Both the position numbers and the translations under genes were made by a program. Of a DNA stretch of 64,000 nucleotides, positions 13,524 through 26,714 are shown one piece after another. The notes under the pieces are model-generated. The model was not told where the DNA came from. It did not search any database and worked only from the letters and a program-made list of their open reading frames with translations. This DNA comes from Octopus sinensis (Eukaryota), in the NCBI RefSeq assembly GCF_006345805.1, contig NC_042997.1, positions 203,546,001 through 203,610,000 of the forward strand, in the 5' to 3' direction. Position 1 is the first letter of the stretch, and every line of letters begins with the position of its first letter.

Positions 13524-14639
13524 GTGTATGCGTGCATGCGTGCGTGTACATGACAGTTTTAGTTTAGTCTACCAAATCCACTCTCAAGGCTTTGGTTGAC
13601 TCAGAACTATGGCAAAAGACACCAAGGTATCATGCAGTAGGACTGAACTTGAAATCATGTGGTTGAAGAAGAATGTTTTTAACCTCACAGCCACACCTGT
13701 GCCCAATAAATATATTTGTTTATAAGTATACACATAATATATGATGTATATATAATGTTGCTGTCAGTGGCACATAGTTATATAGTAGCTTTGTGTGTAT
13801 ATACACTTCTTGTCTCTTTGGAATTACTGACTGAACAAACCAACCATTTCTGCAGCATTCCTTTCTGTGACCATTCAATCTGTATTATGAAGAATGTAAA
13901 GAATGCAAAACAAACTGTGGTCCCACGAAAAGGATGGTTTTCCTTTTGGATGAGTCAATAAGGAAAATGGCCTTTTTCATGGGACCAGTTTGTTTTACAT
14001 TCTTAAATTGTTTGAGAGTATTCTTCATAAAATAGATTGAATGGTCACTGGAAGAAATGCTGCAGAAATGGTTTGTTCAATCAGTATACATAATTTCTAT
14101 GAGGAAAGTAGAACTATATACACACAGAGCTAACACATAATTATGTGCCATTGACACCAACATATAACATGGTTTTGCATACAATTAATAGACATCAAAG
14201 TATAAAAACTTCTATAGTTTGATAGTATTTTCGAAAAGAAATCTCCTTTGATTAATTCACAGTATTAGCTAATTACATATAAAAGGTGTGACTGTATTTT
14301 TAACTGGCATTTTTTTTTTTCACAATCTGCAAGAACGCGAAAGGTTGGCTGCAATGTGTTATTCAAATAGTAAGAATATTCCATTTGAAACAGCTTCCAT
14401 TAATAATTTCTGATAATGCCATTCACACCATTATTAATGCTTGGACAATAAAAGCCAATAGAATGTTTTCTTTCTTTTTTTCATAACATTCTTTTTTCAT
14501 ATCTTTATTTTATATCTTATTGCAATATATTATCTTTATATCTTGTTATATTAAACTGTAATATCACATGATATCTCATCATAATATAACATAGTTGTAT
14601 TGCAGCTGTTCAAGCAAGAAACAAGGGCTACAATGCCTA

Positions 14640-15800
14640 AAGGAACTCAAAGATCCTAAAAAATGTGATGTTGTTCACCAAGCAATACAACACTTGCAAC
14701 ACCCCTATCCAAACTGCAAAAGATGACTTCAGGCATTGTGCTGCCAGTCCATCAGCTATCCTACATTCTAAATTGCATCCAAACCATTTGGCATCTGACC
14801 AAAAGATTTTCCACCAACTTCTTTCCTTCCAATGATGTTTTGAGTAATAACTCTCACAAAGAAATCTTCCAGCTTTACTGCCCACTGTCATTTCTACACT
14901 GTATAAACTTGGTAAATTCACCCATCTCTTGTTTCTTAAATCAATAGCTTCCAATCAGATTGCACTTTTGTGTCATGTGTTGATAAAGCTCTCTCTGTTT
15001 CTCATTCTATCAACTCTGGCATGCTTCAGGGTTCAGTTTTGTCCTCTACTCTCTTTCTCTTGTACACCAATGACTTACTTGCAATCACATCCAACAATGC
15101 CAGCACTTACGTAAATGACATTACCTGTCATTCACTCACAACATACCCTGCATTGACCTCAGGAACAAACACTTCAAAAGTAATCTCCAACAGGAATATG
15201 TCAGAAGATACAACTGCTACTCATATCAAGAAAACATCATCACACCATACCCAACTTAACTATGAGCTCCATACAACTATTGCCCTCACAATTGCTCAGA
15301 ATATTAGACCTCATTATCATCAAAGATCTCTCCTGGTGTAAGCACATCCTTAACAAAAACTGACTCTTCTTTCCAATGCCAGAAGATATTTCAACCTCAA
15401 CTATTACTAACATTCTACAGAGCTCAGGTGAAGTTTACAATGGATGCTCTCACATCTCTAAAGGTACTACTACTGCACACATAGAAAAGAGTCATCTGAC
15501 TGACTGACATAAGATCACACACAAACACACTCCAGCCTCTGGACCCCAAGTGAATTGTTTCCCTTCTCTGCCTTTACCCCCAGAGCAGCCTGAACTCATA
15601 CCATCTCCAGTCAGGCATTTGTGACCCATTCAACTCTCCTTCTCACATCATCTTTGTTGTGTCCAATCCATCAAGTATCACACTAACCATGATATCAAGT
15701 CCTTCTTTCTAGGACATATGAGCTCTGGAATTACCTGCCTACTCATGTCTTGTAGGCCTCAGTCTCATTCAGCTACAAAGGCCTGCAAAAGCTATGACTG
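14640..15800 (+). mobile_element. Decayed CR1/L2-group LINE reverse transcriptase fragment
   Basis: INSGMLQGSVLSSTLFLLYTNDLL...YVND (decayed PQG and YADD motifs) in ORF 14970-15341. Confidence 0.75.
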
Positions 15801-15995
15801 CCCCTCTTTCCTCCAAACAAATCAAGTAAAAAAATGTAATATCTTATAGAAATATCATGCAGTAACATCTCACTGTAACATCACACTGTAATGTCACTCG
15901 GTAATATCACATTAATGACTCACTATAATATTACTAAAATATCACACTGTAAGATCTCACCTGTAATATTATATAGTAATGTCACTTTGCAATAT

Positions 15996-16500
15996 CATCA
16001 TCATCATCATCATTACCATCATTTAACGTCCGTTTTCCATGCTGGCATGGGTTGGACAGTTTGACTGGGGACTGGCAAGCCAGGAGGCCGCACCAGGCTC
16101 CAATCTGATCTGGCAAAGTTTCTACAGCTGGATGCCTTTCCTAACGCCAACCACTCCAAGAGTGTAGTGGATGCTTTTTACATGCCACTGGTACGGGAGC
16201 CAGTCAGGGATACTGGTATCGGGCATGTTTGGATGATGCTTTTTATGTGCCACCAGCACAGGGCCAGTCAGGGGGTACTGGCATCAGAGGGAGTGTTCTT
16301 CTATAGCACAAGGCCAGAAGTTTTGGGAAGGGAGATTATTAGTTACATCAACCCCAGTATTCAACTAGTACCTATTGTATTGACCCCAAAAGGATGAAAG
16401 ACAAAGTCAACCTCAGCAGAATTTGAACTCAGAATGTAAAGACAGATGAAACACCGCTAATCATTTTGTCCAGCATGCTAACAATTCTACCAACTCACTG
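15996..16500 (-). mobile_element. RTE family 1 tail (15996-16300) followed by a decayed tRNA-SINE (16335-16500)
   Basis: Direct similarity to 20343-20600 and to the 61237 SINE. Confidence 0.75.
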
Positions 16501-16759
16501 CTTTATGTCTCATTATAATATCACACAGGATTTTCAATCTTTTATATGACTTTCTATTATCACATTAATGTCTCGCTGTAATATTACCTGTAATATTACA
16601 TGTGATGTTACACTGTAATATTACTGTGTAATATCACACTGTGATATCTGTCTGTAATATCTCACAATAATATCTCACCATAATATTTCAATGTAATATC
16701 ACTCTTCAGTATCTCATTATATTATCACACAGGCAGTCATGGCTCTCCTCTATAATTAG

Positions 16760-17400
16760 ACACCTGTACATGTTTTGTCATACTTCAGCCTCTCTAAAGA
16801 GACTTGGAAGTTCTCTTTTGACCTTGACAGTAAATATCACTTCACACTTTTTATGACCAAAAAGTGAAAAGAAAGGAAGTCAGTAAAGATGGTAGAGTTG
16901 ACAGTTCCCTGGGAAGTAAACATCACAGATGCTTTCCTCGGGAAAGACAGAAGATATTATGAGATGGTTGAATTCTGTGAAAACACTGGATCAGAGGCAG
17001 TATGACTTTCTGTAGAGATAGGTTTTCAAAGATTTTTTTGAACCTAAGTTCACTTGAAGCTCAGGTGTCTCAGACTCGCTATGAAGGAGACATATGATGT
17101 TATTAGAAAACTGTTAGAAGCCACAAACAAAGCAAGTCATTACATCTAGCTCAAGAGAGAGCACAAGTTTTGTAACAAGAACAAACATTGAGGATGATTG
17201 AAATATCTGGCCCAGAGTCACATCTGACTCAATAAAATTTGTGCTCTTGTGTGGGAGTTTTGTCACCTGCATCAGTGAGTGACCCTGGGTAACTTTGGTA
17301 TCACAGTGGAGGGGGTTGAAACACCTACAGAGCTGTTTCACTGCCTGATAAGACAACAGCACCCTCATTGTTAAACGCTCTCTCCTCTGCCTCAACCCCA
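16760..17400 (+). mobile_element. HERO-like non-LTR retrotransposon 3' fragment (restriction-like endonuclease)
   Basis: Translation WKFSFDLD...MVELTVPWEVN...SVEIGFQRF...EATNKASHYI*LKRE matches the HERO C-terminal ELTVPWE / EVG.RGF / AS.WLWLKR pattern. Confidence 0.75.
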
Positions 17401-18524
17401 CTTAGTTGAAGATATTGTTGTGTTATTGTATGTATCATTATTATTATCGTTATCATCATCACATTTCTTCTTCTTCTTCTTTGTTTTTCCAGATGCTTGG
17501 TGACCTCTTAAAGAGTGTACTGGGTGCTTTCTTCAGAGGACATCCAGCTACAAAAACCATACCAAAACAGACACTGGAGCTTAATGCAGTCCTCCAGTGT
17601 AGTGAGTCTCTGATCCCATCAAACCACGCTGGCATGGAAGATAGACATTAAATGATGATGATGATGACGACAACGATGATGATGACAATGACAATAATGA
17701 TGACAGCAATTATGAAAATGATGATGGTGAAAACAATGATGACACAATGATGACAATGATGATGATGATGATGATATCAATCTGTAATATCACATCGTAT
17801 TATCAACCTGTAATATCACACTATGATATCACTTATATCTTATAGCTATTTGTCACTGTAATATTTCACTCGTACTTTTGTATCTTCCTTTTACAGTATT
17901 TACAAAAACAAATAATAAATACAAAATAGATAAATAAATTAACTTTCCTTAAAAAAAAGTAATTACTCTCCTACATTGTTCAATAGACCTTGGAATATTG
18001 ACAACAATACTGCACAAAAGGTAAAAAAATTTTTTTTTTTTTACTTGCTTTGATGATCATATCCTGCCAGATTAATTTAAATTACAGATTATAAACTTCA
18101 TATCATTTCCATTATTCTCTGTCTGCTCTATTTTTACCAATATGTATATATATTCTTTATTAGTTTTCTCCCATACATATCACAGTACTTTTACATAAAG
18201 AATGAACTGATCACAGATTGTGTTATGTCCAGACAAGGAAACATGAGCCTATCTTCCCTACTTATTACTCATTCCCTTTTTTCGAACCACCTCTCACTTT
18301 CTAACAACCTCTACCCAACCACACTTCTCCTGTCCCTTTTCACTTCATAACCTTAGGGTCCACCCTGTCACTTCATCATCACTATTTTTATTTCTCTCCA
18401 GCTTCATGCTGACCACTCCCACCTTTTCTATAATGAGAGTAATTGTGTTGCTCCCCTACTTCAAGAACCCTGTTTCATTCTGAACCCTTTTCTCTTACTT
18501 TAGCCCAGTGGTTCTCAACCATTT

Positions 18525-19425
18525 TTTACATGTGCAGTGAAACATGGGCCATAAATACTGAGGGTTTGCATAGGCTTGAAAGAAATGAAGCTAGTATGAT
18601 CCTCTGGATGTGTAATATCAGTGTGCATACACGACAGAGTGTAAGCAACCTGAGAGAAAAGTTGGGCATAAGAAGCATCAAATGTGGTGTGCAAGAGAGA
18701 CAACTTCGTTGGTATGGTCGTGTGTTATGTATGGATGAGGACAGCTGCATGAGGAAGTGCCACTCCCTAACTGTGGAAGGAACCTGTGGAAGAGATAGAC
18801 CCAGGAAGATATGGGATGAGCTGGTGAAGTATGACCTTCAAACATTGGGCCTCACAGAAACAATGACAGGAGACCAAGACCTTGGAGATATACTGTGATT
18901 GAGAAGACCTTGCAGCTAAAGTGAGATCGCAGCCACGCATGTCTTGCCCAGTTAAGAGCACCCCTGATGCATCAAGCAATATAATATACTTGAGAAGATC
19001 TGTTGAGTCAAGTAAAACTAATATCATAGCTGTCGCCAGTACCCACTGACTGGTTCCCATGCCAGTGGTACGTAAACAGCACCATCCGAACATGGCCAAT
19101 GCCAGTACCCACTGATTGGCTCTTGTGCCAGTGGCATGTAAAAAGCACCAACTGATCGTGGCCGATGCCAGTACCCACTAATTGGCCCCTGTGCCAGTGG
19201 TATGTAAAAAGCACTATCTGAACATGATCAATCCAGGCTCATCTGACTGGCTCCTGTGCCAGTGGCACATAAAAAGCACCCACTACACTCTTCAAGTGGT
19301 TGGCGTTAAGAAGGGCATCCAGCTGTAGATTGGAGCCTGGTGCACCCGCTGGCTCTCCAGTTCTAAGTCAAACCGTCCAACTCATGCCAGCATGGAAAAC
19401 AGACATTAAATGATGATGATGATGG
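18525..19425 (+). mobile_element. RTE family 1 3' portion (ORF end plus 3'UTR repeats plus tail)
   Basis: SETWA...RLERNEASMILWMCN...RPRKIWDELVK is homologous to the end of ORF 21068-23479. Confidence 0.85.
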
Positions 19426-19519
19426 ATCTCTTTGATTCTTATTTAACTCGGTTGGACTCCCATAGCCATTTGATGTTTTAAAAAGCCAATTATATTTTTG
19501 TAATTAAATATTATTTGTA

Positions 19520-19720
19520 TTATAATAATCCTTTCTATTATAGGCACAAGGCCTGACATTTTGGGGGAGTGGATTGACCACTGTGCTTGACTGGTACTTA
19601 ATTTATTGACCCTGAAAGGATGAAAGGCAAAGTCAACCTCAGTAGAATTTGAACTCAGAACATAAAGACAAACAAAATGCCACTAAGCACTTTGCCCAGC
19701 ATGCTAACGATTCTGCCATC
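19520..19720 (-). mobile_element. Decayed tRNA-SINE (61237 family)
   Basis: gaccctgaaaggatgaaaggcaaagtcaacctcagtagaatttgaactcagaac. Confidence 0.75.
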
Positions 19721-20342
19721 GTGACACAGAATTTATAATAATGCAATTTATAATAATATAAATTGTATAAAGTATTTATAATTGCATAAAATATTTAAAA
19801 TATTTTGTGTATTGTTAAAGTATAACCAATTTATTGCACATAAGTTTTAACGTCAAAATCTTATATAGACCCACCTCCACAAGGACGGCAGTGGAGGTGG
19901 CAGTGGTGGTGACAGCGGAAGTGGTAGCAGAGGTGGAAGGGACAATGATGATGACAATGACAACAATGATGACAATGATCACAAAGTTACCTACACACTC
20001 TCATGAACTTATCTACTCACTCATCCTTTATATTATAATTAAGGGTACTATCCTGTACCCTTAATAATAAATTTATATATATATATATCTTTACAGATAT
20101 AGGGTAAAAAATTATTAATTTAATAAAATTAACAAATTTTACCAAGTAGTTTTTGGTATGGAAAAGAACAATATTCAGTAAAAACTTATACAAAAAGTTT
20201 TTTTATATATAATTATAACAATAATTATGTGGAGACATATTATGCAGAAAAAAGAAATAGCAATCTTTTGGCTGCTATTTCTGAAATCTTTGGTATGTGG
20301 TCAAGCAAATTGTTGCTAAACCTTTAATTATTGTTATAAATA

Positions 20343-23300
20343 TGTATCATCATCATCATCATTTAGCGTCCATTTTCCATGCTAACATGGGTTGGATGGT
20401 TCGACCGGGATCTGGGAAGCCAGAAGGCTGCACCAGGCTCCAGTCTGATCTGGCAGTGTTTCTACAGCTGGATGCCCTTCCTAACGCCAACCACTCCGCG
20501 AGTGTAGTGGGTGCTTTTTACGTGCCACCCGCACAGGTGCAAGATGGAGCTGGCAAACAGCCACGAACGGATGGTGCTTTTACGTGCCACCGGCACGGGG
20601 GGCAGGCCAGGCTGGCAACGGACACGAACGGATGGTGCTTTTACGTGCCACCGGCATGGAGGCCAGTCGGGGCAGCGCTGGCAACGGCCACAAACGGATG
20701 GTGCTCTTTATGTGCCACCGGCACGGGGGCCAGGCCAGGCTAGCAACAGCCACGAACAAATGGTGCTTTTTACATGTCACCGGCACTGGTATCACAGCCG
20801 CAATTTCCATTGATGTTGTTCGACTTCGATTTTGGTTCTGCTTTCTGATATCTGATTTGATTTGGTTTGATTTGATTTTCACTTGCCTCAACGGGTCTTC
20901 ACAAGTGGAGTTTTGTGTCCCAAGAAGGAAAGGTATGTATAAGTCGACTGGCTACATACGGTTATGATCTCACTAGTCTTGCCGGGTCTTCTCACGCACA
21001 GCATACTTCCATAGGTCTCGGTCTCTAGTCATTTCCTTGGTGAGACCTAAAGTTCGAAGGTCATGCTTCACCACCTCGTCCCAGGTTTTCCTGGGTCTAC
21101 CTCTTCCACAGTTTCCCTCACAGCTAGGGTGTGGCAATTTTGCACACAACTATCTTCATCCAGTCTCATCACATGACCATACCAGCGCAAACGTCTCTCT
21201 TGCACACCACAACTGATGCTTCTTAGGTCCAACTTTTCTCTCAAGGTACTTACACTCTGTCGATTATGAACACTGACATTACACATCCATCGGAGCATAC
21301 TGGCTTCATTTCTTGCGAGCTTACACATATCCTCAGCAGTCACGGCCCATGTTTCACTACCATGTAGCATGGCTGTACGTACACACGCATCATACAGTCT
21401 GCCTTTTTCTCTGAGCGAGAGGCCTTTTGTCACCAGCAGGGGTAAGAGCTCTCTAAACTTTGCCCAGGCTATTCTTACTCTAGCAGTTACACTTTCAGCA
21501 CACCCACCCCCGCTACTGACTTGGTCACCTAGGTAGCGGAAGCTATCAACTACTTCTAGTTTGTCTCCCTGGAACGTGGTAGAAGTTGGTCTCTGCACAT
21601 TTCCAGTGTTTATTGCTCCTGAGCATCTGCCACAGACCAAAACTATTTTCCTAGTTAGCCTTCCTTTGACATTGCTGCACCTCTTATGTGTCCATAGCTT
21701 ACACTTGGTGCACTTTATAGAGTTTCTACCTACACCTTTTTTACAGATCGAGCAGGGCCATCTACCTGAAGGCGTTTGTGATTGGTCTACCTTCCTACTT
21801 ATTAGGACTTTGGTTTTGGCTAGGTTGATTCTAAGGCCCTTCGATTCTAATCCTTGCTTCCACACCTGAAACTTCTTCTCCAGTTCTGATAGTGACTCAG
21901 CAATTAGAGCAAGGTCATCAGCATAGAGGAGCTCCCAGGGGCATCCTGTCTTGAATTCCTCCGTTACTGCCTGGAGGACTATGATAAATAGGAGGGGACT
22001 GAGGACTGAACCTTGGTGGACCTCAACCTCTACCCAGAATTCTTCACTGTACTCGTTGCCAACCCTCACCTTACTAGCAGCGTCTCTGTACATGGCTCGC
22101 ACAGCTCTCACTAACCATTCATCTATCCCTAGTTTCCTCATTGACCACCAGATAAGGGATCGGGGGACCCTGTCGAAGGCTTTCTCCATGTCAACGAAAG
22201 CCAGGTACAGGGGCTTATCTTTGGCTAGGTATTTCTCCTGCAGCTGTCTTACTAGGAATATAGCATCAGTGGTACTTTTCCCTGGCACGAACCCAAACTG
22301 CATCTGATCTAAGCTAACTCTCTCTCTAATTAGTTGGGCTATAACCCTCTCCGTAACCTTCATTACCTGATCCAGCAGCTTGATACCCCTGTAGTTATTT
22401 GTATCTAGGGCGTCACCTTTACCTTTGTAGCAGTTGACTATTATGCTGCTACACCAGTCATTGGGTATGACTCCTTCGTGTATCACCTGGTTAACTATAC
22501 GGGTGACTAGGCTATAGCCGACACTACCAGATATTTTGAGCATCTCTGCAGTAATTCCTGATGGGCCTGGGGCTTTCCCTGTTTTCATGCTTGTAATTGC
22601 CTTAACTACTAAGGAACTGTCAACTCGAATTGCTGGTCCCTCTGTTGGGTCAACATTCGGCAGACTCTCTTTATCCCATTCATTTTCCTCATTCAGCAAC
22701 CTTTCATAGTGGCATCTCCAAACCTCTCTCTTTGCATCCTCATTTAGCGCAAGTGAGCCGTCATCCATGCGAACACATTTTTCTCCTACGACATCACGAT
22801 TCTCTCTCACACACTGTCTTGCTATACGAAATACCTCAAGTCTTTCATCCTCACGGCGCAGAACATTGGCAAATTTTTTCTTATCTGCTTCCCCTCTGGC
22901 TAAATACACCTGCCTCCTAGCTTCCCTTCTGGCAGTCTGATACACTTCCCTGCTACCACCGTTCTTCCAGTCCTTCCAAGCCTGTTTCTTTTGTCTAATA
23001 GCCCTGTCAGCAATATTGTTCCACCACCACGTTATTTTGGGTCTTGAGGGGACTTTGCACCAGCCACAGATCTGGTCAGTGGCTTTCAGCAAGTTGTCCC
23101 TCAGAAGCGTCCAGTTGTCTTCTACCCCATGTGTAGCTATACCCCCTTCTATTTCGTCAAAGGCTTCAAGTAACATGTCTCTAAATCTCTGTCCATTCGC
23201 AGGGTCTTTAAGCTTCCAGACCCTTCTTCTCCATGTTGGTCGTCTTCTAGTCGTCCTCTTAGTCCTGATCCTAAAGTCACTAACTACCAGTCTATGTTGT

Positions 23301-23441
23301 GGGGTGCATTCTTCACCTGGGAAGGTTTTGGCATTTATAAGCAGCCATCTTTCCCTTTTTCTGGCAAGGATGTAGTCGATTTGGCTAGTATGCCGGCCCG
23401 ATCGGTAGGTGACCAGGTGGCTTGTCGGTTTCCTGAAGTTA

Positions 23442-23448
<7 letters not shown>
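20343..23448 (-). mobile_element. Young 5'-truncated RTE-clade LINE (family 1, copy A)
   Basis: ~795-codon uninterrupted frame, 3'UTR with tandem hairpin repeats, (GAT)n tail at 20343; the 5' end abuts (TA)n; CpG largely retained. Confidence 0.95.
20973..23448 (-). pseudogene. RTE ORF: APE endonuclease C-terminal part, reverse transcriptase and PHD-like finger; one frameshift near 21110
   Basis: SQIDYIL, KAPGPSG, QFGF, VDMEKAFD, HQGSVLSPLLF, YADD (21914-21925), FRYLG. The consensus C-terminus EKTRQD* ends at 20973. The listed MYIYI start is microsatellite. Confidence 0.9.
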
Positions 23449-23482
<34 letters not shown>

Positions 23483-23946
23483 TATAAAACAAAGTAGGAA
23501 AACAGGAAACTGGAATTTTTTTATATTATTTATTCACCATTACATCTGTTTCACTTGCTAATTGGAGTTACAAAGTTTTATAATAGAAATAATATATTAT
23601 ATCATATTATTTCTGTCTGAAGAATTTCTTATAAGAAATTCCATACATGTCTATCTAACATGTCAAACTTGTAACTCCTATTAGTAAATGAAACACATGT
23701 AATGATGAATAAATAATGCCAAAAAATTTCCAATTGCCCATTTTGTTATACAATTACTTTGTAAATAATATTTCTATAATTCTCAATTTTAATATGTATT
23801 TTGACTAACATGCAGCAGCAACTGAGACTGCATATTGGATTGTAATAAAGAAATAAGTAGATGTGCTTCAAAAGAAAACACCCAGAATTTACCCTAACTA
23901 CCTGTGTGTATGTGTGTGTGTCTGTGTGTGTAAAGACAGACATATG

Positions 23947-24028
<82 letters not shown>

Positions 24029-25823
24029 TGTCTCCATATCTTTTGGTACTCAGCTTGTGTTTTTACACACAATTTCTATAAAGAGAAAACTTTTATGAGA
24101 GCATCCCACAGCAAGTGCATTTCATGTTCAAGTTTTCAAGTACATGTTAAAACTAAATGTACACAACTTCTTATATAGACTTAGCCATTCAATAAAGAAA
24201 TTGATAAAATGAGTTATAAAACTGAAATAAGTACTGTAGTTGATGTGACTGCCTGCAACTCTTGAAATAAATTTTTAAAAACTTCCAAATGTTAGTGTAG
24301 GTTTCTGGTAAGAATATTTTAGTAACTAATAGCTCTAACATGCTGCTATGTAAACAAACAGATCACTTGATCATACATACCATAAATGTGATTGAGTTAA
24401 GTATTATAAAACCTGCTTGCCTGAACAGGACTATAATGATTTCTTTCTTTTTTAATACTTGTTTACTGCATCAGTCTTGTAAAAATGTCATTGTCTTTGT
24501 AAACAACCAATAAATTTGTCTTCTAATACATCTGTAATATAATATTTTCATTGTCTTCTACAATCAACAAACATTTTGTTTCTTGAATCTGTTCACAATA
24601 GAAAATGAACTGACAAGATGCAGGCAGGTGGAATTTTACAACAAACAACAACAATCTTTTAGCATCTTATGTGACCTTTGACATCAATGTCAGCTGAAAC
24701 ATAATATTATGCGAAACTAGAAACAATGAACTAGTCATTATATATTTGAAATGCAATATGACAACATATAGATAACTTGAATCATCATGTTTAACAAATT
24801 TCTTCAAAAGTATGTTTTGGAGCTTTTTTTTTTAGTTTTTGGTTAAGAGGAATAATACTCATATCTTTTGGAATCCCTTCCAGACTATTGAGATAAGATG
24901 TTCAACTGTAGAGAAAACATGAACAGAGAGAAGATTACAGCCATTGTATGTATATATATAAAAATTTTCATTGGACATCCACTTTCCATGCTGGCATGAG
25001 TTGGACAGTTTGACAGGAACTGATAAGGCCAAGAACCATACTGGGCTCCATTGTCTGTTTGGCATGGTTTCTATAGCTGGATACCTTTCCTAATGCCAAC
25101 CACTTTACAAAGTATACTGAGTGTGTTTTGCATAGCACTAGCACCAGTGCTTTTTAAGAGGTACTATCACCAACAAGATCACAAAGTACCTTGCACAGAC
25201 ACTAAAAGACAGAATAAAAGGCAAAAACCCCTCAGCTGGGAGGGGGTAGTAATATTCAGTTGCTCAACAACTCAAATGTGAATGTGATATACCTCAACTT
25301 TGCAAAAGTCCCCACCCATCTGTTGGGGGCTTTGCGCCAGTTGAAAGATTAAAGTTATAGAGGAACCGAGGTAACTTGCTGTAGATACATAGATATCTCA
25401 GTTGGAATGGAAAGGAGAGTGAGTCAGAGAGGAAGATAAGGAGAGCAATAGTGAGAGAGATGAGGGTGAAGGTGGGTCAAGACATACCCTTGAATGATAT
25501 CAGAGGTGGTGAAGATAGGTGAAGTGATGCAGAGAGATGGACTGGGTGAGTGGAAAGGATAGAGGTGGCAATATCAAATGAGAGAGAAACCTAGAAATGG
25601 CTTGGGAGCGCTGGGTGGGGAATGCAGTAGATATGTGAGGGCATTGAGAGTGATAGCAGATAAGTGAGCTGTTAATGTTGGAGAGCAGCACAGAAGTGAG
25701 AAGACACAGAAAGGAAGAGATTGGTGGAGACAGTAGGTGGCAAAAGATAATGAGAAAATGGAAATGGTTTGGGGTGGGAAAGAAAGATAACTTAGAAAGC
25801 TGAGGGATGTAGAATGTGCCTAT

Positions 25824-25871
<48 letters not shown>

Positions 25872-25919
25872 CCATATATGATAGATAGATAGATACATAC
25901 ATACATACACACACACACA

Positions 25920-26714
25920 TGTGGCGAGACTGGATGAGAATAGCTGTGTGAAAAAGAGCCACACCCTAGCGGTTGAGGGAACCTGTGGAAGAGGTAGACT
26001 CAGGAAGATCTGAGATGAAGTGGTGAAGCACGACCTTGGAACATTAGGCCTCATTGAGGCAATGACTTGTGACCAAGATCTTTGGAAATATGCTGTGCTT
26101 AAGAAGACCCAGAAAGGCAAGTGAGACCATAACCTCGTGGCCTATGCCAGGAGTGTAACCAGCCTACTTATGCATACCTTTCTTTCGTTGGACACTAAAT
26201 TCTGCTTGCGAAGACCTATTGAGGCAAGTGAAATAGAAATCAAATTCAACAACTGACATCCGTGCTAGTGGAGCGCTAAGAGCACCATCTGAGCATGATC
26301 ATTTCCAGAGCAGCTAACTGGCTTCTGTGCCGGTGGCACATAAAAAGCACCATTCGAGTGTGATCATTACCAGCATCGCCTTACTAGCACTTGTGCTAGT
26401 GACACATGCAAAAAACATTCGAGCAAGGTTGTTGCCAGTGCCACTGGGTTGGCTCCTGTGCAGGTGGCACGTAAAAGACACCATTTGAATGTGACTGTTG
26501 CCTGTACCACCTGACTGGCCCTCGTGCTGGTGGTACATAAAAGCACCCACTACACTCTTGGAGTGGTTGGCGTTAGGAAGGGCATCCAGCTGTAGAAACT
26601 CTGCCAGATCAAGATTGGAGCCTGGTGCAGCCATCTGGTTTGCCAGACCTCAGTCAAATCGTCCAACCCATGCTAGCATGGAAAGTAGACATTAAACGAT
26701 GATGATGATGATGA

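Larger units (their letters stand above)
15850..17890. repeat. Degenerate ~13-bp minisatellite (actgtaatatcac) split by later insertions
   Basis: Blocks at about 15850-15995, 16510-16735 and 17780-17870. Confidence 0.65.

Noticed and set aside
20510-20790. Regularly spaced repeats resembling a CRISPR array
   Set aside because: The units are tandem and related along their whole length, have no unique spacers, lie in a LINE 3'UTR, and the context is eukaryotic.
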